49,425 bases of DNA, taken from the NCBI GenBank assembly GCA_046756405.1, contig JBHHWH010000004.1, positions 1 through 49,425 on the forward strand. Reading direction: 5' to 3'. Origin of the DNA: Acidimicrobiia bacterium. GTDB taxonomy: Bacteria > Actinomycetota > Acidimicrobiia > Spongiisociales > ZC4RG35. Positions within the stretch are counted from its first letter, which is position 1. Each line of letters begins with the position of its first letter. The translations under genes were made by a program, and so were the position numbers. Below are positions 9,407 to 19,510 of the stretch, piece by piece. Below the pieces are notes generated by a model, which saw only the letters and a program-made list of their open reading frames with translations, searched no databases and was not told where the DNA came from.

Positions 9407-10089
9407 ACGGTGACCTGATACGGCTCCAGGTGCGAGACGTCTCCGAGCTGGCGCAGCGAGAAGGCCCAACCGTCGCTAATCCGGATCGTGGTGAGCCGGG
9501 ATACCCCGGTGTGGGGTTGGCGGAACCTCTCCCACTCCCAGGGGACAGGCTGGAGGCCAAGGAGGTGGCCGAGGATCACGGCGTTGGTGCCGGCGTGAGC
9601 CACCACCACCAGGCGGAGGTCGGGATCGTCCACGGTCCACAACTGGAGGTGGCGGCCGTCGAGGGGCCGGAGCCCGAGTCCCTGAAGGCCTGCGGTGAGA
9701 CCCTCGACGACCCTCATGTGGAAGCTGCGGAAGGATTCGCCCCCCGGCCAGCCTTCCCATAGCTCTTCGATGGTCCGCAGGCTCGACTCGCGGAGGATCC
9801 GCTCCACCTCCTCGACGGGCTCGCCCTCCCAGCCGGGAGGGTTGTTGATCTCCTGGAGCCACTCCTTGACCTCCGGCTCGACGCCCAGTCGGGCCGAGAC
9901 AGGTCCGACGGTCTCCCGGGCGCGTCGCATCGGTGACGCCCAAAGGTTGTCGACGGAATTCAACGCCGCCAGGCGTTCAGCGACCAGCTTCGCCTGTTGG
10001 TGTCCCAGCGGTGTCAAGGACGGGTCGTTGCGGGCACGACGGTTGGGAGCCCAGTCGGGCTGGCCATGGCGGACGAGGTAGAGATCCAT
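9403..10089 (-). CDS. Histidine phosphatase (phosphoglycerate mutase-like) family protein
   Basis: LYLVRHG, SPMRRARET, GGES, VAHAG. Confidence 0.9.
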   Translation of the reverse strand: MDLYLVRHGQPDWAPNRRARNDPSLTPLGHQQAKLVAERLAALNSVDNLWASPMRRARETVGPVSARLGVEPEVKEWLQEINNPPGWEGEPVEEVERILRESSLRTIEELWEGWPGGESFRSFHMRVVEGLTAGLQGLGLRPLDGRHLQLWTVDDPDLRLVVVAHAGTNAVILGHLLGLQPVPWEWERFRQPHTGVSRLTTIRISDGWAFSLRQLGDVSHLEPYQVTV

Positions 10090-10132
10090 GGAGGAGCAAA
10101 ACTAGGCGATAGTCATCCAATACGATGGTTCT

Positions 10133-10678
10133 GTGAGCTTCGACGCCCTTGTGGAGCATCTCCGCCGCCACGCCCTCCTCACCGACGGCCCCTACACCCT
10201 GCGTTCCGGGAAAGTGGCCTCCTGGTATGTGGATGCGCGACGGACCACCCTCGACGGGGAAGGGGCGGGGCTGGTAGGTCGCGCCGTGCTCGAGGTCCTC
10301 GACCCAAAGGCCGCGGCAGTGGGCGGCATGACCATGGGCGCCGACCCTATCGCGGTGGCGACCGCTCTGATCGCTTCCGAGAGGGGACGCTCACTGCGGG
10401 CCTTCTCCATCAGGAAGGAGGAGAAGACCCACGGCACGGGCGGTCGTCTCGTGGGTCCAGTGGAAGCGGGAGACGCTGTGACCATCCTTGAGGACACCAC
10501 AACCACTGGAGGGGCGGTGTTCGAGGCGGTGGAGGTAGCCCGAGGGGAAGGACTGGAAGTGCTCCAGGTGGTGGTACTAGTGGACCGATCGAAGGGCCTG
10601 GCCGAGGAGAAGGCAGTCTCTCTCGGTGTCCCGTTTGTTGCTTTGACGTCACCGGAGGACCTGGGGATGGTGGAATGA
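10133..10678 (+). CDS. pyrE: Orotate phosphoribosyltransferase
   Basis: TLRSGKVASWYVD, MGADPIA, IRKEEKTHG, PRPP loop ILEDTTTTGG. Confidence 0.92.
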   Translation: MSFDALVEHLRRHALLTDGPYTLRSGKVASWYVDARRTTLDGEGAGLVGRAVLEVLDPKAAAVGGMTMGADPIAVATALIASERGRSLRAFSIRKEEKTHGTGGRLVGPVEAGDAVTILEDTTTTGGAVFEAVEVARGEGLEVLQVVVLVDRSKGLAEEKAVSLGVPFVALTSPEDLGMVE

Positions 10679-11262
10679 CGGTAGTGGTTCGCCGTTCCGC
10701 TCTGAAGATGTGGCTCCTGGCTATGGCCGGGATCCCGTTGTTGGTCATCTCGCTCGACATCCTCACTCGGCGGCGTATCACCCGTGCCCTCCAGGACCTG
10801 CTGTTCACTCCCGACAACATCCAGATCTACGAACCTCGGGATGTGATCTGGGCTTGGGCCATGACCCTCTTCGGCGGGTTTCTGGTGGTGCTGGGATTGA
10901 AGGAGCTGTTCGTTCCCGCCAAAGTCGTGGAGGGTCGCTCCGAGGGCCTGGCTCTCAAGGTGGCCGGCCCCTTCCACCCTCCGGTGGTAGTGCCCTGGAA
11001 CCAGATAGTCGACGTCGTTCCTGGGGAGATGGAAGACGACGGGGTCAAGATTCCTCTTCTGGTGGTGAGGCTTGCCAGCAGACAGGGACTCTCCGACCAG
11101 CCCTGGGGAGCGCGGTGGACGGGAGAGCGAGAGCTGTCGGTCATGGCCGGTGACTGGACGGACCCCCCTGAAGTGGTGGCTATGAAGCTGACCGACTTTG
11201 CGGTGTGGCAGGCACGTCAGCAGTCGAAGGAGCAGACAGCTCGTCTCTGGCAGGAAAAGTGA
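10675..11262 (+). CDS. Hypothetical membrane protein (2 TM plus soluble domain)
   Basis: ATGA overlap with pyrE and GTGA overlap with nfo. Two hydrophobic segments. Confidence 0.7.
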   Translation: MTVVVRRSALKMWLLAMAGIPLLVISLDILTRRRITRALQDLLFTPDNIQIYEPRDVIWAWAMTLFGGFLVVLGLKELFVPAKVVEGRSEGLALKVAGPFHPPVVVPWNQIVDVVPGEMEDDGVKIPLLVVRLASRQGLSDQPWGARWTGERELSVMAGDWTDPPEVVAMKLTDFAVWQARQQSKEQTARLWQEK

Positions 11263-12026
11263 TCAAAGTCGGAGCCCACACCTCCAACGCCGCCCCCCTG
11301 GACGAGGCGGCGGTCCGAGAAGCCGACCTGGTCCAGATCTTTCTCTCCAACCCGCAGTCGTGGAAGAAGCCCTTGCCGCGACGGGACGCCGCCGAACTCA
11401 AGGCTTCGCCGGTGGACATCTACGTTCATGCCCCCTATCTGATCAACCTCTGCTCGGACAACAACCGGGTGCGCATCCCGAGCCGGAAGATCCTCCAGGA
11501 CACCTGCGATGCTGCTGCGGAGATCGGCGCCGCGGCGGTTGTGGTCCACGGCGGGTATGTCACCGGAGACGGTCCCCAGGAGGAGGGGATCACTCGGTGG
11601 CGTAAAGCCCTTCAGAGCCTGGACACTGAGGTCAAGGTGCTGATCGAGAACACCGCCGGAGGCGACAAGGCCCTGGCCCGCCGAGTGGAGTGGATTGAGC
11701 GGTTGTGGGGGGAGATCGGCGAGTTCGGTGTCGGCTTCGTTCTCGACACCTGTCACGCCTGGGCGGGAGGGGAGCCCTTTGACGAGCTGGTGGAGCGGAT
11801 TGTGGCTGCTACGGGGGGAGTCGACCTGGTCCACGCCAACGACTCCAAGGACGGGTTCGATTCCCGTCGAGACCGCCACCAGAACCTGGGTGAGGGCAAG
11901 ATCCCCCCTGGGGAACTGGCTGGAGTCATAAGGTCGGCTGGGGCTCCGGTGGTGGTGGAGACCCCCGGAGGTGCCGATGCCCAAGCCGCCGACATCGCCT
12001 GGGTTCGCGCTGCCCTTGCAAGGTAG
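11259..12026 (+). CDS. nfo: Endonuclease IV (AP endonuclease 2)
   Basis: [45 protein letters not shown]. Confidence 0.92.
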   Translation: MIKVGAHTSNAAPLDEAAVREADLVQIFLSNPQSWKKPLPRRDAAELKASPVDIYVHAPYLINLCSDNNRVRIPSRKILQDTCDAAAEIGAAAVVVHGGYVTGDGPQEEGITRWRKALQSLDTEVKVLIENTAGGDKALARRVEWIERLWGEIGEFGVGFVLDTCHAWAGGEPFDELVERIVAATGGVDLVHANDSKDGFDSRRDRHQNLGEGKIPPGELAGVIRSAGAPVVVETPGGADAQAADIAWVRAALAR

Positions 12027-12078
12027 AAGCGAGTCCGGCGCACGTGGTGTCTTGTACACGCATGTACGCTTTCCCTAG

Positions 12079-12933
12079 ATGAGTTCCGAAACCAAGATCA
12101 CCACACCTCAGATTCGCGCCCGGAAAGGCGGCCCGAAGATCACCATGGTCACTGCCTACGACTACCCGGGAGCCGTGATCGCCGACCGGGCTGGAGTCGA
12201 CATCATCCTGGTGGGCGACTCGGTGGCCAATGTGGTCCACGGCATGGAGACCACCCTGGAGATCGGCCTCGACGAGATCGTCCTCCACACTCGAGCGGTC
12301 AAGAGAGCCCAACCCCGGGCGCTGCTGGTCGCCGACATGCCTTGGCTGAGCTTCCACCTCTCCACAGAAGACGCGGTGCGCAATGCAGGACGGCTGGTGC
12401 GGGAAGGAGGCGCCGAGGCGGTCAAGTTGGAGGGCGGCCGAAAGCGTCTGCCGGTGATCGAGGCGATCCTCGACGCCGAGATCCCAGTGATGGGCCACGT
12501 GGGGCTTACTCCCCAGTCCGTCCATGCCATGGGCGGGTTCAGGGTGCAGGGGAAGGCCGTGGACGCCGCCCTGGAGATGATTGAGGACGCCAGGGCCCTC
12601 TCCGATGCGGGTTGTTTCTCCGTGGTCCTCGAAGGGGTACCCGACGTTGTGGGCGAGATCATCACCAAGGAGATCTCCGCTCCTACCATCGGGATCGGGG
12701 CGGGACCGGCCACCGATGGTCAGGTGCTCGTCTTTCACGACGTGCTCGGTCTTGGCACGGGCCGCTATCCGAAGTTCGTCCGTCCCTACGCCAACCTGGC
12801 GGAACAGGCCATCGAAGCCCTGAAGCGCTTCCGGGCCGACGTCGAGGCCGGTGAGTTTCCCGGCGACGAGGAGAGCTACCACATATCTCCCGAGGTGGCT
12901 GCCGAGCTGTTGAGGAGCAGCCGACGCGAGTAG
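12079..12933 (+). CDS. panB: 3-methyl-2-oxobutanoate hydroxymethyltransferase
   Basis: TAYD, ILVGDS, ADMP, AVKLEGG, GHVGLTPQS, GIGAG, DGQVLV. Confidence 0.96.
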   Translation: MSSETKITTPQIRARKGGPKITMVTAYDYPGAVIADRAGVDIILVGDSVANVVHGMETTLEIGLDEIVLHTRAVKRAQPRALLVADMPWLSFHLSTEDAVRNAGRLVREGGAEAVKLEGGRKRLPVIEAILDAEIPVMGHVGLTPQSVHAMGGFRVQGKAVDAALEMIEDARALSDAGCFSVVLEGVPDVVGEIITKEISAPTIGIGAGPATDGQVLVFHDVLGLGTGRYPKFVRPYANLAEQAIEALKRFRADVEAGEFPGDEESYHISPEVAAELLRSSRRE

Positions 12934-12938
12934 CCGCC

Positions 12939-13379
12939 ATGGTGCTTGTGGCCGCGATGGCCTGCACGAGCACCGTCTCCGACGACACGAGCGCCCTCTC
13001 CAACGAGCTGGAGGGCTTCACCCGGGCTCGCATCACTGTCGGCAGCGAAGAGCTAGTGGTCCTGGTTGCCGACACCCCCAGCGAGCGGAGACGGGGCCTG
13101 AAGTCGGTCGGGGAGCTGCCGGAGGGCATCACCGGGATGCTGTTCGTGTTTCCCTCCGCCGCTCAGGTTGGGTTCCACATGAAAGACACCCTCATACCCC
13201 TCGACATCTGGTGGTTTGACAACGAAGGCCTTCTCCTGGGCAGCACCGCTATGGAGCCCTGTAGTGGGGATCCCTGTCTCAGTTACCGGTCTCCGGCTGC
13301 GGTGAGATGGGCCTTGGAGACGCCCCAGCGCCGCTATCGATTCCAAGGGGGAGCGCGGCTGAGTGTGTACAGCGACTGA
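12939..13379 (+). CDS. DUF192 family protein, probable lipoprotein
   Basis: ADTPSERRRGL, GMLFVF, FHMKDTLIPLDI, ALE. N-terminal AMAC lipobox-like motif. Confidence 0.85.
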   Translation: MVLVAAMACTSTVSDDTSALSNELEGFTRARITVGSEELVVLVADTPSERRRGLKSVGELPEGITGMLFVFPSAAQVGFHMKDTLIPLDIWWFDNEGLLLGSTAMEPCSGDPCLSYRSPAAVRWALETPQRRYRFQGGARLSVYSD

Positions 13380-13426
13380 CAGCGGCTACGCTTCGGGGGC
13401 CGGCACGGCGCTGCCGGCACGGTAGA

Positions 13427-13480
13427 ACCCCTGCTCCATCCAGGCGATGGGGCCTTCCGAACCGGATGTCCACAGGAGGT
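13427..13480 (+). promoter_or_regulatory. Probable S6:S18 ribosomal protein leader RNA
   Basis: CCTG can pair with CAGG of the rpsF SD. Inner hairpin GCTCCATC-caggc-GATGGGGC is followed by an unpaired CCG. Position and topology fit the known rpsF-leader class. Confidence 0.5.
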
Positions 13481-13483
13481 CAA

Positions 13484-13774
13484 ATGCGCCAGTATGAAGT
13501 CATGACCATTCACCGGCCCGACCTGGCCGAGGATGACGTCGCCGCTTACGTCTCCCGCATCGAGGAGTACCTCGCCAGCAGTGGGGCCGAAGTGGCGGGT
13601 ACCGATCCATGGGGCAAGCGTCGCTTTGCCTACGAGATCGACCATCTATCCGAGGGCTACTACACCGTGGTCACCTTCAACGGCGGGACGGAGACAGTCG
13701 CCGGGCTCGACCGTATGCTGTCCCTTGCTGACGAGGTGGTACGCCACAAGATCGTCCGGATCGGCGACGACTGA
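13484..13774 (+). CDS. rpsF: 30S ribosomal protein S6
   Basis: MRQYEVMTI, WGKRRFAYEI, EGYY. SD AGGAGG. First gene of rpsF-ssb-rpsR-rplI. Confidence 0.96.
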   Translation: MRQYEVMTIHRPDLAEDDVAAYVSRIEEYLASSGAEVAGTDPWGKRRFAYEIDHLSEGYYTVVTFNGGTETVAGLDRMLSLADEVVRHKIVRIGDD

Positions 13775-13833
13775 CTGGAAACCGTCCCACCGGCAAGGCA
13801 TAGTCGCAGGGGACGGCAATAGAGGAGATCCCA

Positions 13834-14283
13834 ATGTCAAACAACGTCACACTCATCGGAAACCTGGTCGAGGACCCGGAGCTGCGATTCACCCCGTCAG
13901 GGGTGGCCTTGGCCAAGATCCGCCTGGCGGTCAACCGCCGCTGGCGCGGCCAGGACGGCGAGTGGCAAGAAGACACCAGCTTCTTCACTGGAACGGTCTG
14001 GCGTGATCAGGCCGAATACGTCGCCGAGTCCCTTCAGAAGGGCATGCGGGTGATCGTCACCGGTCGCCTCGAGCAGCGGAGCTGGGAGACCGAAGCCGGC
14101 GACAGACGTTCCGTGGTCGAGATCCAGATCGACGAGATCGGACCGTCGTTACGTTGGGCCACGGCCACTGTGACCAAGGCGCAGCGGTCGGGGGGAGATT
14201 GGTCCCAGCAGCGTCCCGCCCAGACACCGACACCGGCCCCGGTGGCCCGGGACGACTACGGCCCCGATGAGGCACCTTTCTAG
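13834..14283 (+). CDS. ssb: Single-stranded DNA-binding protein
   Basis: GNLVEDPELRFTPSG, GRLEQRSW, IGPSLRWA, C-terminal DEAPF. Confidence 0.97.
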   Translation: MSNNVTLIGNLVEDPELRFTPSGVALAKIRLAVNRRWRGQDGEWQEDTSFFTGTVWRDQAEYVAESLQKGMRVIVTGRLEQRSWETEAGDRRSVVEIQIDEIGPSLRWATATVTKAQRSGGDWSQQRPAQTPTPAPVARDDYGPDEAPF

Positions 14284-14295
14284 GAGAAGAGAACC

Positions 14296-14565
14296 ATGCC
14301 GAGGAGAAGCACCAACAACCCCCGGTCGAGGGGCAAGAGACAGGAGTTCCGGCGGGGCAAGCCCAAGCCGTGCTACTTCTGCAAGGAGAACATCGACCAC
14401 GTTGACTGGAAGGACGCCGCCCTGCTCCGCAAGTACATGTCGGATCGGGCCAAGATCCGTAGCCGTAGAGTGAACGGCAACTGCCCTCGACACCAGCGAC
14501 AGGTCGCCCGGGCGATCAAGAATGCCCGAGAGATGGCCCTTCTTCCCTACATAGCCGGACGATGA
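14296..14565 (+). CDS. rpsR: 30S ribosomal protein S18 (Zn-binding C+ form)
   Basis: CYFC...VDWKD...[11 protein letters not shown]...GNCPRHQR...AREMALLPY. Confidence 0.97.
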   Translation: MPRRSTNNPRSRGKRQEFRRGKPKPCYFCKENIDHVDWKDAALLRKYMSDRAKIRSRRVNGNCPRHQRQVARAIKNAREMALLPYIAGR

Positions 14566-15008
14566 AGCTGATACTCACCTCCGACGTCGAACATCTGGGC
14601 AAGCGGGGCGACCTCGTGGAAGTAGCTGACGGCTACGCCCGCAACTACCTGCTGCCCAAGAAGCACGCCATCAAGGCGACACCGGGTGCCCTGGAGCAGG
14701 CAGAGGCCATCCGGGCGGCCCGAATCGAGGCCGAGCGTCGCGCCAAGGCCGAGGCGGAGAACATCGCCACCCAATTGGTGGGGAGCAGGGTGGTCATTGC
14801 CGCCCACGCCGGCGACGAGGGTCAACTCTACGGCTCGGTAACGGCCGCTGACGTGGTGGAGGGGATCAAGCGGTTCACGGGGATCGAGCTCGACAAGGCT
14901 CACATCCAGATGCAGAAGCCGATCAAGGCCATTGGTCTTCACGAGATCCAGATCAACCTCCACCCGGAAGTCCAGTTCCCGCTGACCCTGGACGTGATTC
15001 CCGCCTGA
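14562..15008 (+). CDS. rplI: 50S ribosomal protein L9
   Basis: [34 protein letters not shown]. Confidence 0.97.
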   Translation: MKLILTSDVEHLGKRGDLVEVADGYARNYLLPKKHAIKATPGALEQAEAIRAARIEAERRAKAEAENIATQLVGSRVVIAAHAGDEGQLYGSVTAADVVEGIKRFTGIELDKAHIQMQKPIKAIGLHEIQINLHPEVQFPLTLDVIPA

Positions 15009-15248
15009 CCAGGCAGCCGAAGTAAGGCCAGCTTTCGCGGTTTAGCCGCGAGTTTCCCGTTCTTCACCCAGGCTCTTCCACCGCGAAAAACAATCGGCGT
15101 CTGAGCTTTGGGGAGGTCGTCTGCGAGTCTATGTTTCGTGTTCGCTTCCCCCGCTGCTGGCGGCTCGACTTCCCCGCCCCAGCGGGGTCTTGCGCGTCGA
15201 GACCGCGAATTTGACGGTGGCGTCTGGCATGGTGTTGGAGAGGTTGAG

Positions 15249-16601
15249 ATGACAAGCGTGACAGAACATGCCCCGATGAGGCCCGGTTACCGGACCCCGC
15301 CCCACTCCCGGGAGGCCGAAGAGTCGGTGCTGGGCGCCGTCCTTCTTTCTGAAGACGCCGTCAACGAAGTCATGGACCGGGTTCACCCCGAGGACTTTTA
15401 CGTCCCTGCTCACCAGGCCGTCTTCGAGGCGATGCGAGACCTCTTCGACTCTAACCAGGCCATAGACGCCGTCACCGTCTCCGAGGAGCTGCGTCGGCGC
15501 GGAGAGCTGGAGAAGATCGGTGGTATCCAGTTTCTTACCCGGCTGGTGGACATCGTCCCCTCCACCTCCAACGTCGCCTACTACGCGGGGATCGTCGAGG
15601 AGCATGCCAAACGGCGCGAGCTGATACGGGCCGGGTCGCTGGTGACTGAGGTGGCCTTCGACATGGACGAGGACATAGCCACGGTCATGGACCGTGCCGA
15701 ACAGCAAGTGCTCGGAGTTGCCGAAAAGAGGGCCTCGCAGACGCTTCTCGAAGTGGGACCCATGTTCAGTGACGTACTCGAGCACATCGAATCCATGGAG
15801 CAGCGGGGCTCGGAGATCACAGGCCTCGCCACGGGGTTCGTCGACCTGGACAAAAAACTCGCCGGGCTCCAACCCGCCAACCTGGTGGTCGTCGCCGCTC
15901 GCCCTGCCATGGGTAAGTCCAGCCTCGCCCTCGGGATCGCCATCAACGTGGCCTCCCAGGATGAGCCGGTGGCCGTCTTCTCTCTGGAGATGTCCAAAGA
16001 GGAGTTGGTTCAGCGGATCCTCTCCTCAGTGGGAAAGGTCGACTCGATGAAGCTGCGCTCTGGTCAGCTCGGCCCGCTGTGGAAGCGGGTGGTCGACGCC
16101 GCGGGGCGGATGTACAAGGCGCCTATCTTTATCGACGACTCCCCGGTGGTCACCGTCACCGACATTCGAGCCAAGTGCCGGCGACTCAAGCGGAAGAGGG
16201 GACTGTCCCTGGTGGTCGTGGACTATCTCCAGTTGATGCAGGCTTCCACCCGGGAGAACCGACAGCAGGAGATCTCAGAGATCACCCGGAACCTGAAAAA
16301 CCTGGCCCGCGAGCTCAAAGTTCCGATCATCGCCGTCTCCCAGCTCAACCGTTCCCTGGAGTCCCGGGAGGACAAGCGACCCCGCCTTTCCGACCTGAGG
16401 GAGTCAGGGGCGATCGAACAGGACGCCGACGTAGTCATGTTCATCTACCGCCACGAGTACTACCACCCCGAGGACCCCGACAAGCGGGGGATCGCCGAGG
16501 TGATCGTGGCCAAGCACCGGGCCGGTTCCACCGGTCCGGTGGAGATGACTTTCCCGCCCGAGTTCACTCGCTTCGCCAACCTGGGATGGGACATCGCCTG
16601 A
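15249..16601 (+). CDS. dnaB: Replicative DNA helicase DnaB (no intein)
   Basis: PPHSREAEESVLG, AARPAMGKS, FSLEM, VVDYLQLM, SQLNR, SDLRESGAIEQDAD, AKHR. Start 15249 or 15276. Confidence 0.96.
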   Translation: MTSVTEHAPMRPGYRTPPHSREAEESVLGAVLLSEDAVNEVMDRVHPEDFYVPAHQAVFEAMRDLFDSNQAIDAVTVSEELRRRGELEKIGGIQFLTRLVDIVPSTSNVAYYAGIVEEHAKRRELIRAGSLVTEVAFDMDEDIATVMDRAEQQVLGVAEKRASQTLLEVGPMFSDVLEHIESMEQRGSEITGLATGFVDLDKKLAGLQPANLVVVAARPAMGKSSLALGIAINVASQDEPVAVFSLEMSKEELVQRILSSVGKVDSMKLRSGQLGPLWKRVVDAAGRMYKAPIFIDDSPVVTVTDIRAKCRRLKRKRGLSLVVVDYLQLMQASTRENRQQEISEITRNLKNLARELKVPIIAVSQLNRSLESREDKRPRLSDLRESGAIEQDADVVMFIYRHEYYHPEDPDKRGIAEVIVAKHRAGSTGPVEMTFPPEFTRFANLGWDIA

Positions 16602-16611
16602 CCGACGGGCG

Positions 16612-16635
16612 TGCGGCAGCCTGGAGGCTGCCGCA
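16612..16635. terminator. GC-rich hairpin between convergent dnaB and dcd
   Basis: TGCGGCAGCC-tgga-GGCTGCCGCA, perfect 10-bp stem, no U-tract. Confidence 0.55.
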
Positions 16636-16780
16636 GGAGGGGTATGTCGCTTGCCCTGGGACCTATGGGCCCTTAGAGGGGGACTCAATGGGGCTCGGAC
16701 ACATCCGTGGGGCTCATTATGGCCGTAGGCACCACGCCGCGGGCGCCCAAGGTGGTGTTATTTCACTTAACGCGTTCGCG

Positions 16781-17350
16781 CTAGTGCTCTCCGAAGTCGC
16801 GGTGGGCCCGGCTGGCCGTGGGTCCGGTTTGGCCCTGGTACTTCGATCCCAGCTCTGGTGATCCGTAGGGGAACTCGGCGGGGGTGGTCATCCGGTAGAA
16901 GGAGATCTGGCCGATCTTCATCCCCGGGTAGATGGCGATGGGCAGGGTGGCCACGTTGGAGAGTTCCAGCGTGATGTGACCTTCGAAGCCGGGGTCGACG
17001 AAACCGGCGGTGGAGTGGATCAGCAGCCCCAGGCGACCCAGGGACGACTTACCCTCCAGGCGGGCCACGATGTCGTCGCCCAGTTTCACCCTCTCCAGGG
17101 TGGACCCGAGGACGAACTCGCCGGGGTGAAGCATGAAGGGATCACCCTCGGCGACCTCCACTAGCTGGGTCAGGTCCTCCTGTGGGGAGCGAGGATCGAT
17201 TTCCGAGTAACGATGGTTGACGAAGATCCGAAACCCATTTCCGACGCGGAGATCCACCGAGGACGGCTGAACGTAGGAAGGCTCGAAGGGATCGATGAGG
17301 ATCTCCCCGCTGGCTATCGACTCACGTATGGAACGGTCGGAAAAGATCAT
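16781..17350 (-). CDS. dcd: dCTP deaminase
   Basis: [48 protein letters not shown]. Confidence 0.97.
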   Translation of the reverse strand: MIFSDRSIRESIASGEILIDPFEPSYVQPSSVDLRVGNGFRIFVNHRYSEIDPRSPQEDLTQLVEVAEGDPFMLHPGEFVLGSTLERVKLGDDIVARLEGKSSLGRLGLLIHSTAGFVDPGFEGHITLELSNVATLPIAIYPGMKIGQISFYRMTTPAEFPYGSPELGSKYQGQTGPTASRAHRDFGEH

Positions 17351-17382
17351 GGTGTCAGCATCGTAGAGGGCAGCCGAAGACG

Positions 17383-17456
17383 TGGAGCGGGTGACGGGAA
17401 TCGAACCCGCGTCTCGAGCTTGGGAAGCTCGCGTTCTACCATTGAACTACACCCGC
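17383..17456 (-). tRNA. tRNA-Gly (CCC), CCA encoded
   Basis: GCGGGTGTAGTTCAATGGTAGAACGCGAGCTTCCCAAGCTCGAGACGCGGGTTCGATTCCCGTCACCCGCTCCA. 74-nt cloverleaf, anticodon CCC. Confidence 0.97.
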
Positions 17457-17523
17457 GGGGAGGTGAAGAGTAGTCGTCGTATGACGGGAATCCCAGGTCG
17501 GCCCGCTGCGGGCGGAGAAGGAG

Positions 17524-19269
17524 TTGGCGATAGTGGACTGGCGAGATCGATTCCGCGCTCCAGCGATCATCGAAGCTCAACGAGCGTCGTCGAACCCTGA
17601 GCGAAGGGTGTTTGTGGGGGATCCGGGCGGCAAGTACCAAGTCCACGGCTGGGACGCGTCCACCGGGGATTGGTGGCAAGTAACAGACTCCAAGGCAGCG
17701 GTGCTTACCGCCGCCATCTCTCCCGACGGCGGGTGGTTGTACGCCATGGTGGAGGACGAGCCCGGCACCGAGATAGGGCACCTTCACCGTTTTCCGTTTT
17801 CCGGCGGGAGCGGCGAGGACGTGACTCCCGACCTCGACCCGTACCCGGCCTATCTGATCCACCCCACCGACAGCGGAGCGGTGATGTTGGGTGGAACCTC
17901 CACTGGCCCGGCGCTAATCACGGCAGGCGGCGACAAAGCACGTACCTTCACCCTCCCTAGCCTTCCCCTCGGGGTCGTCTTGACTTCTGGGGAACGTAAG
18001 GCCGCGGTCACCATGTCCACTCCCGGACGCGGTCTGATTCCAATGCTCCACGTAATCGACCTGGAGACTGGAGAGGTTGTCGCGGAGATGGATGAGATGG
18101 GCGCCGGCGCGGCCTATGGAGACCTCCTCGCGGTGTCCGTGGTGGACGGAGACTGGTTGCGGCCAGCGGTGTGGGATGGGACCACTCTCACCGAGATCGA
18201 CACTGATGTACCGGGTGACCTGGTGCCCGTCGACTGGTCGGAGGAGGGCTCCACGATCCTCCTCTTGCAGACCTATCGGGCTACGGGAGCGCTCTTCCTC
18301 TACCGGGTGGCCACCGGAGAGGTAGTCGAACTGGCGTCACCACCGGGTGCGCCCTATTTCGTCCCGGCGAGGCTCCTCGACGCCGACACCGCCCTCTCCA
18401 TCTGGAGCGACGCCAACCATCCCCGCCGTCCTGTGGAGAGCCGGGCCGACGGTTGGAAGGTGGCGCTGAGTCTCGAAGGCCAGGGGCCCTACCCGGGACC
18501 TCAGTGGGAGGAGTTTGTCTACCCCTCGACGGGAGGTGCCGAGATCCAGGGTTGGCTGCTGCGCCCGGAAGGGAAGGGCCCCTGGCCCACGGTGCTCTAC
18601 ACCCACGGGGGCCCTTCGTCGGTGCACAGTCCCTTCTTCAACCCCCTCTGCGCCGCCTGGTTCGACGCTGGCTTTGCCGTGGCCAGCATCAACTACCGGG
18701 GTTCTACAACCTTCGGGCAATCCTTCCGGGAGGCCTTGACTGGAAACATTGGAGGCCCCGACATCGAAGACGTGATGTGGGCGTGGCGCTGGCTGGTCGA
18801 CAGCCGGATCGCCGACCCCGACCGGGTGGTGAAAAACGGGTACTCCTATGGCGGGTACCTCACCCTCCAGGCGCTGGGCACCCATCCCGACCTGTGGGCC
18901 GCGGGAGTGGCCGGGGCGCCGATCGCCGACTGGGCTCTTCTGTTCGAAGACGCCAACGAAATGCTCAAGGCCTACGACCTGAGCCTCTTCGGGGGTACAC
19001 CCAACGAGCTACCAGAGGCGTACTCCCAGGCCTCGCCGCGCACCTACGTGGACAACTTTCAGGCACCGCTGTTGATCTCCCAGCCGGAGAACGACACCCG
19101 TACGCCCCTGCGCCCGGTTCAACTGTTCGTCGAGGAGCTTCAGGCCCTGGGGAAGCAGGTGAGGCTCGATCTCCTGCCGGCAGGGCATGCCGGGGCGGGA
19201 AAACGCCAGTCCATCGAGATGATGGAGTCGTGGCTGGAGTTCGCCACCCCGATAGTCGGCCTCAGGTGA
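17524..19269 (+). CDS. S9 family (acylaminoacyl/dipeptidyl) peptidase
   Basis: Propeller-like N-terminal region (ISPDG). HGGP, NYRGSTTFG, GYSYGG nucleophile, NDTRTP, AGH. SD GAAGGAG before TTG. Confidence 0.9.
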   Translation: MAIVDWRDRFRAPAIIEAQRASSNPERRVFVGDPGGKYQVHGWDASTGDWWQVTDSKAAVLTAAISPDGGWLYAMVEDEPGTEIGHLHRFPFSGGSGEDVTPDLDPYPAYLIHPTDSGAVMLGGTSTGPALITAGGDKARTFTLPSLPLGVVLTSGERKAAVTMSTPGRGLIPMLHVIDLETGEVVAEMDEMGAGAAYGDLLAVSVVDGDWLRPAVWDGTTLTEIDTDVPGDLVPVDWSEEGSTILLLQTYRATGALFLYRVATGEVVELASPPGAPYFVPARLLDADTALSIWSDANHPRRPVESRADGWKVALSLEGQGPYPGPQWEEFVYPSTGGAEIQGWLLRPEGKGPWPTVLYTHGGPSSVHSPFFNPLCAAWFDAGFAVASINYRGSTTFGQSFREALTGNIGGPDIEDVMWAWRWLVDSRIADPDRVVKNGYSYGGYLTLQALGTHPDLWAAGVAGAPIADWALLFEDANEMLKAYDLSLFGGTPNELPEAYSQASPRTYVDNFQAPLLISQPENDTRTPLRPVQLFVEELQALGKQVRLDLLPAGHAGAGKRQSIEMMESWLEFATPIVGLR

Positions 19270-19477
19270 AGAGGCTGGCCGCACCCCAGATGGTGAGGAG
19301 CAGGCCCACCAAGGACAGGAAGACCACCCTTCCGGGCCGGTATTGGGCCCCTTCGAGGCCCCTGGGGGTTTCCCCCCGGCGGTGTTTCCACCAGGCCAGG
19401 CCGTTGCCGATGAGGAGCGCCAAACCGAAGGCGAGGATGAGCTGGGGGAGGAGGTTATCGAAGTCAAGGAGGTCCAC
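19262..19477 (-). CDS. Small 2-TM hypothetical membrane protein
   Basis: Two hydrophobic helices. TACCGT -10 lies 7 nt before the GTG. Confidence 0.7.
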   Translation of the reverse strand: MDLLDFDNLLPQLILAFGLALLIGNGLAWWKHRRGETPRGLEGAQYRPGRVVFLSLVGLLLTIWGAASLFT

Positions 19478-19510
19478 GGGGGGGACGGTAACCAGGAATA
19501 GGCTCCTGGC

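Noticed and set aside
15009-15248. DnaA-box cluster or origin upstream of dnaB
   Set aside because: Best matches (TTCTTCACC 15060, TCTTCCACC 15074) each have two mismatches to TTWTNCACA, and there is no AT-rich unwinding element.
15249-16601. Intein in DnaB
   Set aside because: Length of about 450 aa and contiguous motifs leave no room for one.
16644-16861. Small plus-strand ORFs after dnaB (10 aa at 16644; 57 aa at 16688)
   Set aside because: No recognisable features, and the longer one overlaps dcd antisense. The G-rich pseudo-SD sequences are the complement of C-runs in the candidate RNA.
17383-19269. Integrative element at tRNA-Gly
   Set aside because: No integrase and no duplicated tRNA 3' end. 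The tRNA 3' end abuts dcd in the usual arrangement.
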